Notes: generated by a model not told the origin, from the letters alone. Shown: positions 49,972-60,292, counted from the stretch's first letter. The stretch: DNA of 64,000 nt from a virus (IMGVR_UViG_3300031578_000021:1060-65059); one strand, 5' to 3'. Numbers and translations are program-made.

Positions 49972-50366
49972 ATGTCTTCCTCAACATTCGTAGGGCGGAA
50001 CAATTCCCGATTGGTGGCGATGCCCCAAACGAGATCGAAGAAGTCTTCGTATTGAATGAGCTTTTGCTTCGCAACTTCTTTTGAATACTTAACGGCCTTT
50101 CCATTCTCCGTGATATGTTTCCAATCAAGAAGAATGGCATCAGCAAGCAGCCCTGCCCAGAGGTCACGACCAGTATCTTCTGGAATGGACCCCCTTTGAA
50201 GTTGACGGGCATGGTGGGGAGGAATGGACTTAATCGCCTTAGTCCATTTCTTATTCCCAAAGCTCGCACTAGCAACAAGGATTTCAGCATCGCCGCCAAC
50301 CGGCTGCCAAATACCTTCATTTTCTTTTTGTTTATCAGACTCAAACCCGGTGAGATCAAAGGACAT
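49959..50366 (-). CDS. tail assembly chaperone (gpG-like)
   Basis: Between tail tube and TMP; E.EG.W, ILLDW, ends IKNS. Confidence 0.8.
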   Translation of the reverse strand: MSFDLTGFESDKQKENEGIWQPVGGDAEILVASASFGNKKWTKAIKSIPPHHARQLQRGSIPEDTGRDLWAGLLADAILLDWKHITENGKAVKYSKEVAKQKLIQYEDFFDLVWGIATNRELFRPTNVEEDIKNS

Positions 50367-50381
50367 TTGTCCCTCCTATTG

Positions 50382-50804
50382 TTAAGCAGAAGTTGAACGT
50401 GTAAGCACCCCATTAGCGTTAAAGGTTGCAGTCACAGTAGCCAACTCTCCAACCGCGTTAGCAATTGGGTTGTAGGAAGCAAGGACTGCGGAGCCAGTAT
50501 ACTTAGGGTTATTAATCCCAATACCAGCGGTTTTATTAGCCATAGCTGTAACAGTAACGGCTGCCCCACTAGTCTCAATAGCGTATAGAATACCATCAAC
50601 CGATCCAGAATCAAAATCCTGGGTAAGTTGAACTTCAAGGGACCAGTCCTTAAGACCAGAAAGCCTAGACTTAGCCCTATTAGCATTCATCGTAGTAGAC
50701 TCTTGCAGGTCCACACTGGTATTAAGGGTGGCCCGCATTACAAAGGCGCTCAGATCCTCACCATTGATGGTGACCTCAGCATCGTTCAGGATAAACTTAG
50801 CCAT
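50382..50804 (-). CDS. major tail tube protein
   Basis: DLS, GLKDWS, NPKYTG, VGELA pattern; position. Confidence 0.8.
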   Translation of the reverse strand: MAKFILNDAEVTINGEDLSAFVMRATLNTSVDLQESTTMNANRAKSRLSGLKDWSLEVQLTQDFDSGSVDGILYAIETSGAAVTVTAMANKTAGIGINNPKYTGSAVLASYNPIANAVGELATVTATFNANGVLTRSTSA

Positions 50805-50815
50805 TTTACTCTCCT

Positions 50816-51271
50816 TTAAGTAAGCCCACCCACGGACCCACCAGCTATTCCTGCTTCAAGTGTAGCTGCCCCTACTTGAGCGGCTACTTCATAAATCCTA
50901 TCACCAAGTCCGGGCTTAAAGCCAACGTCGGAGGAATATGGGACAGGGTTAATTATATACGTATGTTGAATTGAACTAAGCGTTCCTATCTTAGAAAGGT
51001 TGGCTTGTTTGTTAATCGTGGCTTCTGCGACAAGGGCATCTTTCTGAGTCGGTCGAGTTGGTGGAATGAGTTGTCCCGTTGGAGATCCAAAAGCTACTTG
51101 ATGGTTTGCCATAGACCAGTAGGTATCATGGGGCCAGTTTGGATAAATTTCTTCATAAGTCGCCCGCATCACATATTTAAGCGACTCAAGGGTAAGTTGT
51201 TTAACAATCTTTTCCTCAAGCTGCCTAAGTGCGTCCTCAACTTGAGAAAAATTAGTCTTAACATCAAACAT
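50816..51271 (-). CDS. tail completion protein (HK97 gp10-like)
   Basis: P.DT and I.N.VPY motifs; position. Confidence 0.55.
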   Translation of the reverse strand: MFDVKTNFSQVEDALRQLEEKIVKQLTLESLKYVMRATYEEIYPNWPHDTYWSMANHQVAFGSPTGQLIPPTRPTQKDALVAEATINKQANLSKIGTLSSIQHTYIINPVPYSSDVGFKPGLGDRIYEVAAQVGAATLEAGIAGGSVGGLT

Positions 51272-51665
51272 TGTTGTACGCCAATGAGACTCCGAGGGAC
51301 CACATATGATACCCAAGTGCCTCAGATCCAAGGTTATCCGGCTCAGACTGCAACGATGCTATATCCAAATACCCACTTGGGGCATTCCCCATAAGAAAGT
51401 TTTGGATATCTCGCATCTTGGTAAGCCCTGCCGAGGATCCCCATCTAACCCTTATCATAACTACCGGGCGCCTAACCTCACTAGCATCCCCCATAACCCG
51501 CATTACTGGCGTTCCAGGTGCCCCGTATACGAAAACCGCATTGACGGGGATGTTAGACGAAACGGCTTGAACTGGTGTGGCAAATAGATTAACCCCAGAG
51601 GTTAGCCCAAGCGAACTATCAGCATCGAGCGCATTAACAATTGCCTTAGGGGGATCGAATGTCAT
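51264..51665 (-). CDS. tail terminator-like protein
   Basis: Position and size; G.NLF, P.V.IRVR. Confidence 0.55.
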   Translation of the reverse strand: MTFDPPKAIVNALDADSSLGLTSGVNLFATPVQAVSSNIPVNAVFVYGAPGTPVMRVMGDASEVRRPVVMIRVRWGSSAGLTKMRDIQNFLMGNAPSGYLDIASLQSEPDNLGSEALGYHMWSLGVSLAYNNV

Positions 51666-52009
51666 AGGTAAACGCTCCGTTCAAACTCTTCCCCACTTAA
51701 ATCAGGAATTTTATTAAAGCCCCTAACGATAAACGCTCCATACAATCCAACCGGGCTTTCCGCCGCCGAGGTTCCTAGATAAAGATAACTCCCCTCATCA
51801 ATATCCTCAGCAACCATTACTACAGCCTTAGATTGCCTTTCTTCCCCATTAGAGGAATAAAATATCTCATTCCTTTTTTCCCACCTGCAAGATATCTGCC
51901 GGGGGCAGCCAGATGCGAAGCTGGGATCCCCATCAACATCAATCCCATCCAGCTCCCAAAGGGTAGCTGTTTGCTTGAGGTGTCGAGTGAAGAAGCCAGT
52001 ATCACGCAC
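51662..52009 (-). CDS. head closure protein
   Basis: Q.AT.W, D..G.P.F, CRWE, G.E..S.A.V. Confidence 0.65.
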   Translation of the reverse strand: MRDTGFFTRHLKQTATLWELDGIDVDGDPSFASGCPRQISCRWEKRNEIFYSSNGEERQSKAVVMVAEDIDEGSYLYLGTSAAESPVGLYGAFIVRGFNKIPDLSGEEFERSVYL

Positions 52010-52071
52010 GTTTAAATTTCCTACTCCAAAGATTCTACAATACCCGCACCCCTAATTGTAGTAAGTACCTC

Positions 52072-52710
52072 TTATAGATAATCCTCCAGTAAACCAGTCT
52101 TGAAATAATCTAATGCCGAGTCTTGTGTGCAATTAATTATTTCTACACCAAGCTCTAATTTCTTAATCGCCTTAGCCATTGTTCCAAAAGCAGGAAGAAA
52201 TTGATCTTTATAAACACCTGCCCCAACCGCTCGTCTATGCCCACTATGATAATTATGCCTTCCACCAACAATCTTCATGTCAAAGCCAAGCAGAATTATC
52301 CTAGTCGCCCCAAACTTAATCGCTAAATCAATTGCCCCATAGCCAGAATTATTCCCATTAATCTGTGTCCTGCTTGGAGAAAGCCCGTGCCTTCCCCCTC
52401 TTTCTACCACCTGAATACTTCCATCTGGCTCCTCAGATTGTATGCAGGTCGTAACCTTATAGCCCTTAAACTTTCTAAGTTCCTGTTGGTGGGTGACTAT
52501 CGTATCATCCGCAATTGGTTCATGATACCACTTACAATCCTGGAAATAAACCGCAGTCGCCCAAGGGCACTTTAGATAAGCATTATTAACTGCAACTACA
52601 TTCTTCTCAGACAACTTCCACATTTGAATATTCAAGAGACTTGGGCCGCCCCCAAGAATGAAGCAGGTTGCACCATCCCAGATCTTGGGTATCTCCCAAT
52701 ATCCCATCAC
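52072..52710 (-). CDS. Maf/MptE-like Rossmannoid protein (putative glycosyltransferase)
   Basis: ILGGGPSL, AVNNA, NSGYGAI.LA...GA.RIILLGFDM, IINCT..SAL. Confidence 0.75.
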   Translation of the reverse strand: MMGYWEIPKIWDGATCFILGGGPSLLNIQMWKLSEKNVVAVNNAYLKCPWATAVYFQDCKWYHEPIADDTIVTHQQELRKFKGYKVTTCIQSEEPDGSIQVVERGGRHGLSPSRTQINGNNSGYGAIDLAIKFGATRIILLGFDMKIVGGRHNYHSGHRRAVGAGVYKDQFLPAFGTMAKAIKKLELGVEIINCTQDSALDYFKTGLLEDYL

Positions 52711-53102
52711 ACCGCCGTTGGATCTGTTGGGGGCTCAGGCCCATAAACCTTAAACTTTGCCTTAGCCTTGTTAAGTTTAATCAGCGTCCCTGAAGTATCA
52801 AGAACCATAGCTTGCTGGCCCCAGCTTGTATATTCAAGCATAAGACCATACTTCCCACCATAGGAGGTTTGGGTATTATTAACCTGCTCCATGGTTACTT
52901 CGGTAGACCGATCCCTCGGCACCATAAAATGGGCGGCAAGGAATGCCTCAATATCCGCAAGCTGCGTATCAAGCAAGCCCTTAGCCGCCAATTTATCAGT
53001 GACAAGCCTATTCGCAACACCGATGAAAGCCTCAACGGTAGCATCTGGTAGTGTAGACCCCGTAAGGAGTTTAACTATTGTCGCTGTGGTCCGGGTCGTC
53101 AT
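52707..53102 (-). CDS. head-tail adaptor
   Basis: IE..LAAHF, T..GQQA..LD.SG.L. Confidence 0.75.
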   Translation of the reverse strand: MTTRTTATIVKLLTGSTLPDATVEAFIGVANRLVTDKLAAKGLLDTQLADIEAFLAAHFMVPRDRSTEVTMEQVNNTQTSYGGKYGLMLEYTSWGQQAMVLDTSGTLIKLNKAKAKFKVYGPEPPTDPTAV

Positions 53103-53475
53103 CTTCAGCCTTCTTTACGACTATAAATGCCTCGGCTTCGTTCTTGTGCATAGGATCGGAACTAACCCTAGCACCAGTCTCCGAGTCCACTACGTCATAC
53201 CATCCACCACCACGAGGTTTAATTACGTAAATTGGTTTAGGGTTGACGGTAATAGTTGGAGCTGGCGGAGATGGCGGATTAGAATTAAAGGGAAGCTCTG
53301 GTTCATCATCGTCAGAGGTAGAGTCAGAAAGCGGTTCTAATTTATTCTTATTCTTCTCATAAAAATCGATATCAAATTCACCAACATCGGTATCCGTACC
53401 AGCCCGATGACAAACAAGACCAAGCTTTGGATATCTCTTAAAAATCTTTCCTTGAATTACCCGGTATTTTGGCAT
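53071..53475 (-). CDS. hypothetical head-associated protein
   Basis: Pro-rich linker, GGGWYDV..K.EAE C-terminal motif; directly after capsid gene. Confidence 0.6.
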   Translation of the reverse strand: MPKYRVIQGKIFKRYPKLGLVCHRAGTDTDVGEFDIDFYEKNKNKLEPLSDSTSDDDEPELPFNSNPPSPPAPTITVNPKPIYVIKPRGGGWYDVVDSETGARVSSDPMHKNEAEAFIVVKKAEDDDPDHSDNS

Positions 53476-53519
53476 TATTCCCTCCTAAGGGGAGTGGGGG
53501 CTGTTACACCCCCACACCT

Positions 53520-54524
53520 TTACGACAGTTTCACAATTCCGCAACGCGTATCGTGATCGGACGCAATACGCGGAACCATGATAGCAAACACCTTGAAGTT
53601 AAGGCGCCAGCCACCATGGCTCGGCCAAGAGATGGCAGTCGGCTGCTGACCGACAATCATCTCAACGGTATCACTGGTCATCTGAACCAGCAGAACCGTG
53701 TTGGCCGTCAGAACATCGGCAACCTTGATGTCGATAATGCTCGCAATTTCCTTCAAGCGGGTGTAGATGCTCTTCGGGTAATTGGAGGCATAATCGTTAT
53801 CAAGCACGACGCCGTAAGCAGTAGGCACGTAGAGCATGAACGGACCATACATATGATCCGCATTCGCGGCCGCAATCATATCGAGCACGTCGGCCAGGAT
53901 CTCCGCACCAGTCTTACCCGAGGCATCCCAATTCTCACTGAGGCTAACGGTATTAACATCAGTGAAATCAGAATATCCATAAAGGGTCGAAGAACCCATC
54001 TTATAAGTCGAGGCACCATTGAAGAGAATGCTCTCAATCTTATCCGACACGATACGAGTAGCAGTCGCAACCTGCATGGTATCCAAGGGATCACCATTCC
54101 GACGGGACGCACTGAGTACCCGCAGATTGATGAAGAAGTCCTTGGAGATAACAGGCAGCGGAATGGTATTCACGTCAAAGGTAACGCGATCGCCCTGGCT
54201 CTCATTAATACCGTCCATAGTGATCTGGGCATCGGTCATGTCACTAACGTCTTCCCACTGGAACACGGTAGAGCCAAGACCATTAGCCAGATTCATGCTC
54301 AGGCCGGCGTTCATAAGATCCGAAACACCAACCAGTCGCTGGCGGGCAATCTGTACCACCTTCGCATCGATAGCCTTCCATTCATCATACTGAAGAACAT
54401 CATTCGAACGGAAGTCAGCGGCACGAAGACCACCCATCAGGGCCGTAGCAAGATCGCCCTGAGCACTATAGCCACCCTTCCCATTAGGGACGAGCAGGCC
54501 AACGTCAACTTTTTCAATAGGCAT
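53520..54524 (-). CDS. major capsid protein (HK97 fold, linocin-M18-like subgroup)
   Basis: L..DEW..ID..V, PLP.I.KDF.I..R.L.ASR..G.PLD, V..IMVPRI; strong codon bias; position. Confidence 0.85.
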   Translation of the reverse strand: MPIEKVDVGLLVPNGKGGYSAQGDLATALMGGLRAADFRSNDVLQYDEWKAIDAKVVQIARQRLVGVSDLMNAGLSMNLANGLGSTVFQWEDVSDMTDAQITMDGINESQGDRVTFDVNTIPLPVISKDFFINLRVLSASRRNGDPLDTMQVATATRIVSDKIESILFNGASTYKMGSSTLYGYSDFTDVNTVSLSENWDASGKTGAEILADVLDMIAAANADHMYGPFMLYVPTAYGVVLDNDYASNYPKSIYTRLKEIASIIDIKVADVLTANTVLLVQMTSDTVEMIVGQQPTAISWPSHGGWRLNFKVFAIMVPRIASDHDTRCGIVKLS

Positions 54525-54535
54525 CTGGGCTCCTC

Positions 54536-54997
54536 CTACAGCACAAGGATCTTAACCCGCCGAGCCGCAAGCGCAAAGCCTGTGGCCGTGAGGTTAAGAG
54601 CCTCAAGCACCATACCAACCTGCTGATTGGTATAGTAATTACCAGTAGTATCTACTGCATAGACTTGCACTTCACCACTACCGGCCGCCTCTACGATGTT
54701 GCCGATAGCCGCGTTCTGGCCATCCTTAAGCACCGCAAGGATCTCATCGCCAGGCTGCGCAAATACAGCCTGAACCTGAGCCCCAGAAGCATAGGCGTCA
54801 GAAATCTCATCCCCGTTTACTTCATTCTCAATGGCGAAGAGGGGAACGATATTCTGACCGGCAGAGTATCCCGCAGTAACGGTATTGCCGGAGCCAAGGA
54901 CAATAAGGTTTCCGGGATAGATAGTTCCCGCAGCCTTAAACTCCTTCCTAACATTACCGCCCTTAAGGACAATGGTATCAGGGTTAGTTTTAGCCAT
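54536..54997 (-). CDS. capsid decoration/cement protein
   Basis: TI.LKG...KE..A.G.I.PG; between protease and capsid. Confidence 0.7.
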   Translation of the reverse strand: MAKTNPDTIVLKGGNVRKEFKAAGTIYPGNLIVLGSGNTVTAGYSAGQNIVPLFAIENEVNGDEISDAYASGAQVQAVFAQPGDEILAVLKDGQNAAIGNIVEAAGSGEVQVYAVDTTGNYYTNQQVGMVLEALNLTATGFALAARRVKILVL

Positions 54998-55009
54998 TAC
55001 TCATCCTCC

Positions 55010-56524
55010 TTAGCTGGCTTTCTTTTCGAAGACGAGGGGCGGCTCAGGCGCTTTGTCGGTACGCTCAGCCGTACGGCCCGGCCCACCAAGCGCGGAATAA
55101 TCAACATCCGACGCGAGTTTGGCAAGCTTTTCGAGGGCCTCAAGTCCCATCGTCTCAAAATCTTCATCAGAATAGGCATTACGCTTATTGGTCTTGATAG
55201 ACGCAATAAGGGAGCTACGCTTTTCCGACAAAGTACGCTGGCCTAGCTGGAGGACATTACGAATCTCCGGCGGGGCACTTTCAAGGAACTCCTCAGCCGT
55301 AGTAGGCTTCTTAATCTCGGGTTCCTTCTTCACAGCAGCCGCAGGTTCCTTTTTAACGGGCTCCTTTGGCGGTTCAGGGGTGACAGCCTTCTTGGTAGCC
55401 TCTTCCGAGATCTTAGCGATTTTCTCGAACTGAGTGTCTTCCAAGCCGAGGAGCCACTCCCTGTCATCTTCGGTGAATTGCTTATTGGTAATAAGCGCAT
55501 CCACCAGGTCTTTACGATCGTTGGGCATCAGTCCAACCTCCTCGTTGGTTTTGACAGGGACAAAGGAAGTCTCTGGGCGTACTCTAATCTTCTCTTGCCC
55601 AAGTGAGACTGTTCCATCTCCAGAGATATCATAGCCCCTCTGGAATAGGCCATCTCCTGTTTCGTATATGAAGTAGTCGGAGAAAACTGCTACCACATAG
55701 TTCCAATAGTATTCAGTATCTTCAACGTCGAGGGCAGATTGAATGGCTGCCCGTCGATCGGCGTCGCTTATTTCCTGGCTGCTACGGAAAAGGCTTCCCA
55801 TTGCAGTCCAGACCCGGCTAAAGACAGAAGGCTCGGCGATGAGAGTCTTTAGATCAGCCTCCCCCGTTAGAAGTGACACATTAAGCTCACATGCCTTAAG
55901 AGAATTAAGGCGAGGGGCACCGGCCCCATCTGCAATAGATGAGGCACCAATCTTTCCGGGAGAAAGGAGGGCCAGATGATCCGGCACCACGTCTCGCCAA
56001 ACCCCATTGTACCTTTCACCCTCAAACATACCCGCATGAGGGTCAAGGCTAACATAAGCACCTACGGAGACTTCTACCATCTCCCCCGCGTCGAGCTTAT
56101 TAACTACAATCTCCGAATTTCCACCAAGCCGCTTGGCTTTCTCGGCATTAACCCATGCCTCAGTCTTAAGCCGCTTATCCTCAACCCGAGTATTAAACAA
56201 AAAGCCAATCACGGAGCTTTCGAAGACGTCAGGGGAATTCGCACTTACCTTATCACCCTCAGCATTCTCGGGATGGTCCACAACGACGGGGCGGCCATTC
56301 CAGCCAGCAGGATATTTTCCAAATTCTGCGGCGAGGGCGAGTTCCGGGGCCGGGGCGTTACTTGGATGCAAAACCCCCTCTACAATAGCCACGGCAGGGA
56401 CTACCATATACTCAACCCCGTCCATCGTTTCCTTACGATTAAGTTCCCCGCAGGAACGAAGGGACATAAGCACCCTTACGGATGCGTTAGGGGTTTTTTC
56501 AGACTTGAGTGCTGGGATCGGCAT
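55010..56524 (-). CDS. prohead protease/scaffold fusion (DUF2213-like)
   Basis: WNGRPVV..HP, EVS.G, PDHLALL..G.GA.S..DG.G; charged C-terminal scaffold. Confidence 0.8.
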   Translation of the reverse strand: MPIPALKSEKTPNASVRVLMSLRSCGELNRKETMDGVEYMVVPAVAIVEGVLHPSNAPAPELALAAEFGKYPAGWNGRPVVVDHPENAEGDKVSANSPDVFESSVIGFLFNTRVEDKRLKTEAWVNAEKAKRLGGNSEIVVNKLDAGEMVEVSVGAYVSLDPHAGMFEGERYNGVWRDVVPDHLALLSPGKIGASSIADGAGAPRLNSLKACELNVSLLTGEADLKTLIAEPSVFSRVWTAMGSLFRSSQEISDADRRAAIQSALDVEDTEYYWNYVVAVFSDYFIYETGDGLFQRGYDISGDGTVSLGQEKIRVRPETSFVPVKTNEEVGLMPNDRKDLVDALITNKQFTEDDREWLLGLEDTQFEKIAKISEEATKKAVTPEPPKEPVKKEPAAAVKKEPEIKKPTTAEEFLESAPPEIRNVLQLGQRTLSEKRSSLIASIKTNKRNAYSDEDFETMGLEALEKLAKLASDVDYSALGGPGRTAERTDKAPEPPLVFEKKAS

Positions 56525-57839
56525 TTGGGTCCTCACTTACTGGAATATCTCTGGGCAGTCCAAACCAATGCTCGCGCGCTTCCTCAGGAGTTACAATTAC
56601 CTGGGGGGAACCTGGGCCGCCCTGTTTCGACAAATTCCCAACGGCCTGGGACTTCCGAGCAGCGATATCCGCCCGCTCTTTCTCCGTCAAAATGGAAGTG
56701 TCAGGCCATTCAGCTTCAATTTCATTCTTAGGCCGAGGGACCGCCCCCGCAGTTATAAGCCGCTCGATTAGAGGAAGGAGGAGCATGGGCATCGCATAAC
56801 TAGTCTGCCGTTCCTTCACCCGCGCGTTGAAATTCCTCTCATCTTGCTCCGAAGCCAGTTGCCCCTGCTCCGCGCCCGTCAAGATCCTCTTTGGAATGCC
56901 CGTTGTACCGGAGATAAGCATAAGGGACGTATTTGCAGCGCCCTGAGGATTTGGTGTCTCAGAGCCAAGGACCTTAGACGTGACTCCATGCGTAACAACA
57001 AAACGTTTGAGGTTGTGAGTGTATTCCTCAAGTTCGTCGTTAAGATCATCTTGGTCCTCAGTCTCAAACTCCGCCTCAGGATCAACGTCGAAGTGAATAC
57101 CGCGGTCTACAACTCGCCAGAAAGCCTCTCCGGCTCCTCCCATAATTTTATCAAGGTCGTCGAGATAATTCCAAACTTTTTGGAGCCGTGGGACCCCTAT
57201 AATCTCACTCTCCAGGAGCCCATCCGCAGCGTGTAGGACGCGGGAATAATGGACTTTTTTAGCAATTACAGCGTTTAAATCATTCCCTGTCGCCATGGCG
57301 ATCTTATAAAATTCAGGCTTTCCGTACCTCGGGCTATGCTCATTCGTCACATAAGAATCTATTTGGGCGGACTTCTCACTAAATACCGAGAAATACATAA
57401 CCCCGCCGGAACTAAGTGGGGTTTCAAGTGCCCCAGGTGCTCCGAGGAGCATTGCCCCCCATCGCCCAACTCCCGCAATCTTATCCAACCTCTCCAGATA
57501 ATGGAAAAGGCCCATAGATTTAACAAGCTTTTCCCATTCCCGCTCAAATTCAGTAGCCCGCTTCCTAACTCCTGCTTCCTTAACCTTGGGAGGATTTCTC
57601 CAAGTCGCTTGTGGGTAGGCATCGATAATTCTCGCCGCAATGCCGCCCCGATCGTATCGCTGGGAGTAATCCTCATAGCTAAGGTTTCTTTTATATCCCA
57701 GATACTTATAAAGGTCTCGATCTCCCTCATACGTTTTCCCAACGAGATTCGACATCTTATCTCGTGCCATAAGTACGGAGCTTGCCTGCCGAAGGATCGC
57801 GCTGGCACCGCGAAGAGGAATGATCTTCTTACTTGGCAT
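56499..57839 (-). CDS. portal protein (DUF1073-like)
   Basis: Y.R.GIA.RI.D, G.P..Y, VHYSRV.H, IPKRIL.G...G.LAS..D. Confidence 0.85.
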   Translation of the reverse strand: MPSKKIIPLRGASAILRQASSVLMARDKMSNLVGKTYEGDRDLYKYLGYKRNLSYEDYSQRYDRGGIAARIIDAYPQATWRNPPKVKEAGVRKRATEFEREWEKLVKSMGLFHYLERLDKIAGVGRWGAMLLGAPGALETPLSSGGVMYFSVFSEKSAQIDSYVTNEHSPRYGKPEFYKIAMATGNDLNAVIAKKVHYSRVLHAADGLLESEIIGVPRLQKVWNYLDDLDKIMGGAGEAFWRVVDRGIHFDVDPEAEFETEDQDDLNDELEEYTHNLKRFVVTHGVTSKVLGSETPNPQGAANTSLMLISGTTGIPKRILTGAEQGQLASEQDERNFNARVKERQTSYAMPMLLLPLIERLITAGAVPRPKNEIEAEWPDTSILTEKERADIAARKSQAVGNLSKQGGPGSPQVIVTPEEAREHWFGLPRDIPVSEDPNADPSTQV

Positions 57840-57847
57840 GTTAACCC

Positions 57848-58105
57848 CTAAGCGGCATCTTCAGTAGTGGATACAAGATCCACAAAATAAAACTGGCCAG
57901 GAAGAACCTTACCAAAAGCCGCCGGATTATTTACGTGCATAGTAAGATTAGCCGAGGGAGTCCATTTAGACCATTGTTTGTTTGCGGAACCTTCGTCCCC
58001 ATAAACGGCCTGTAATACAATTTCCTCGGAGTCTTTTTCTCCAAGATGGTTGCAGGAGGATTTAACAGATTGAACACTCATTTTCAGGCGTAGTGTGGTG
58101 GGCAT
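57848..58105 (-). CDS. small conserved hypothetical protein between terL and portal
   Basis: L.AVY, N..W.KWTPS..L...NNP.A, FY.VD; RBS AAGGA. Confidence 0.65.
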   Translation of the reverse strand: MPTTLRLKMSVQSVKSSCNHLGEKDSEEIVLQAVYGDEGSANKQWSKWTPSANLTMHVNNPAAFGKVLPGQFYFVDLVSTTEDAA

Positions 58106-58121
58106 TATATTAATCCTTTTC

Positions 58122-59519
58122 CTAAGCAGCCGCAGACTCTGGCTGATATCGTCTACTCTTCGATCCCCGCATGGCTCCGCCCCTCTTTTTCTTTTGGGCG
58201 AAGAACAGTTCCGTAGCAGCCCATACTTGTGCATCAACCCTGTTAGGAGAATCAACAAGTTGATCTGGAACAAAGGAGCACATCTCATCTTCTAGCTGCG
58301 GGAGACACCCCACATGATGAAACCTTCCCTGTTCGTATAATGCACAGACCGGCTCAGCCCTGGCAACCTTCCCCTTAGAGGCATGAACTAACTTAACTGG
58401 AATATTCTTATCAACACTATGAATCGTATGGGAGACCATTTCCCCGCCTTGATTCTTCTCCGCGATAATCATGTCCGCCTCAAGGGTATGATACATCTTA
58501 ATCGCGGCTGTCGCCCAACCTTCTGGGGTATAAACGTCAGACGCATCCGCTAAAACATACCCGTGATCGTCATGCCCTTTGCCAACTCCAACAATCCCCG
58601 TCTCATTTGAGCCCTCGGCCGAACTTGTCGCTGGATCTACACCAACGACTTTACGCTTATAATTAGTTGGAGCAGAGTGCTCATTGCTATCACCAACCCG
58701 CAAAGCGTCCAACATGTCATGATTCCAGAGGGCGCCCTCAACGTCTTCAAGATATTCCCCATAGATCTCCTGCCTTTCGAGCCGAGTACCCTTGTACTTC
58801 TGGATAATCTCGTTAATGAATCGTGGGGCCAAGTTGGCCTGGTTTTCTAGTGTCGCCCCTCGTGTAACAACAGCGTCAATCCCTTCCCTCAGAAGCATTC
58901 CCTTAACTGCCTTAATAGGCCGGGGAGTCATCGTAACCATGCATCTCGTATCTTTTCCATGCCGCAGGGTAAGCATGAGGTTATCCCACGTCAATTCAAT
59001 ATATTTCCAATAAGAAACCTCGTCGCACCATGCCCTTTCATAGTTACCACCACGAAGGCGGTGAGGCTTCTCAGAAGTATAAAGATGGGTCTCTCCTCCA
59101 TCTGGCCAAATAAGCATATTCTTAGATGGCTTGTAGTCCGGGTAGAAGTGCTTAGGGGCGAGGCTCATGACCCCACTCGGCCCCATGATGCAATACTTTC
59201 TTAAATCTCCCGCAGTTGCCGCAACGATCGCACTAAGCTTGCATCCATGGATCAGATGGCTATCAATGAGCCAATGACTTCCAGCAAAGTTCTTTCCAAA
59301 ACCACGCCCCGCCAGGATAACCCAAAGGAACCAATTACCCATTGGCTCCAACTGTTCCCGTCTTGCCGAAAGCCACCAGTCTCCAAAAGCCGTTGCAAGT
59401 TCTTCGTCCCGGAGGGTGGCAAGGAGTTTATTTTGCTTATCCTCTGGGAGGGAGGCCAGTACCATCTTCCAGGAAAGCTTGGGGGGTGGGAGGATATCAA
59501 TCTCCCTAATGGCTACCAT
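58122..59519 (-). CDS. terL: terminase large subunit
   Basis: AGRGFGK Walker A, LRG, WCDE, T.TP, VGVDPA, ETGI, E.NQGG, SPNRVDA. Confidence 0.95.
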   Translation of the reverse strand: MVAIREIDILPPPKLSWKMVLASLPEDKQNKLLATLRDEELATAFGDWWLSARREQLEPMGNWFLWVILAGRGFGKNFAGSHWLIDSHLIHGCKLSAIVAATAGDLRKYCIMGPSGVMSLAPKHFYPDYKPSKNMLIWPDGGETHLYTSEKPHRLRGGNYERAWCDEVSYWKYIELTWDNLMLTLRHGKDTRCMVTMTPRPIKAVKGMLLREGIDAVVTRGATLENQANLAPRFINEIIQKYKGTRLERQEIYGEYLEDVEGALWNHDMLDALRVGDSNEHSAPTNYKRKVVGVDPATSSAEGSNETGIVGVGKGHDDHGYVLADASDVYTPEGWATAAIKMYHTLEADMIIAEKNQGGEMVSHTIHSVDKNIPVKLVHASKGKVARAEPVCALYEQGRFHHVGCLPQLEDEMCSFVPDQLVDSPNRVDAQVWAATELFFAQKKKRGGAMRGSKSRRYQPESAAA

Positions 59520-60085
59520 TATTCAGCCGACCCCTCAAGTTCCGGGGTTTGGGGTACGAGTTCCCGAAGACTCTCCACAAACCTTTCTCTAATCCCACTA
59601 ATATTATTCTGAATGAGGGTAATATCTCCAACCTTGGCCCCCTGGTCGAAGCGCCCAATCAGCTTAACAAACCGATCCACTCCCCTAAGCCGCATGTTCT
59701 TATCATTATCCAGAAGGGCATCTCGCGTAGCGTCGAGGGCAAGACCGGTCATCGCCTGGAGGGAAAGCTCCTGCTCATCCTTGATCTGCTCTATAATCGG
59801 CTTAGCCAGAGGATCACTAAGAACGTTAACAACAGTCTGATATCCCACTCCAAGATAAGCTGCCACCTCTCCATACTTCCATCCATTCATAACGAGGGTA
59901 ATAGCCATCTTATGCTTGGGGGAGAGCTGCTTCCTCGCCACAACTCCATTTTTCGTCCGAACCCCAATAACCTTTTCAAAAGCCCGCAGTTCAACCGTCC
60001 CGCCTTTTCTAAAATGCCGAAGGGCATCTCGGGGGCAGGTAATGGCCGCAGTCTTTGGTGTATCTTCAAACCCTGGGATAGACAT
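59519..60085 (-). CDS. terS: terminase small subunit (HTH)
   Basis: HTH-like G.KY.EVA.YLGV.Y.TV; directly upstream of and coupled to terL. Confidence 0.65.
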   Translation of the reverse strand: MSIPGFEDTPKTAAITCPRDALRHFRKGGTVELRAFEKVIGVRTKNGVVARKQLSPKHKMAITLVMNGWKYGEVAAYLGVGYQTVVNVLSDPLAKPIIEQIKDEQELSLQAMTGLALDATRDALLDNDKNMRLRGVDRFVKLIGRFDQGAKVGDITLIQNNISGIRERFVESLRELVPQTPELEGSAE

Positions 60086-60292
60086 TAATCTTCTTCCAAA
60101 GAGGGGGAAGCGTTGAGGGGGGACTCATGCTGGGGGGCGCAGGGAGGGATATCCACGCATCCCCCTGAGGCAGAGCCCCCCTCAACTTTCCTAATCATCT
60201 CTTCCGCCACCGAGGGATTAGCCTTGGCCGCGTCAGACTCTAAGATGATTTTTTTCCAAACTTCCACAGGCTTTCTCCAATTCCTACCTTAT

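Noticed and set aside
53520-54524. Encapsulin nanocompartment
   Set aside because: It sits in a complete terminase-portal-protease-decoration-neck order, so it is the phage capsid
53469-56771. Long plus-strand ORFs (53469-54626, 55976-56731 and similar antisense ORFs elsewhere)
   Set aside because: Shadow frames of codon-biased genes on the other strand; no RBS or motifs
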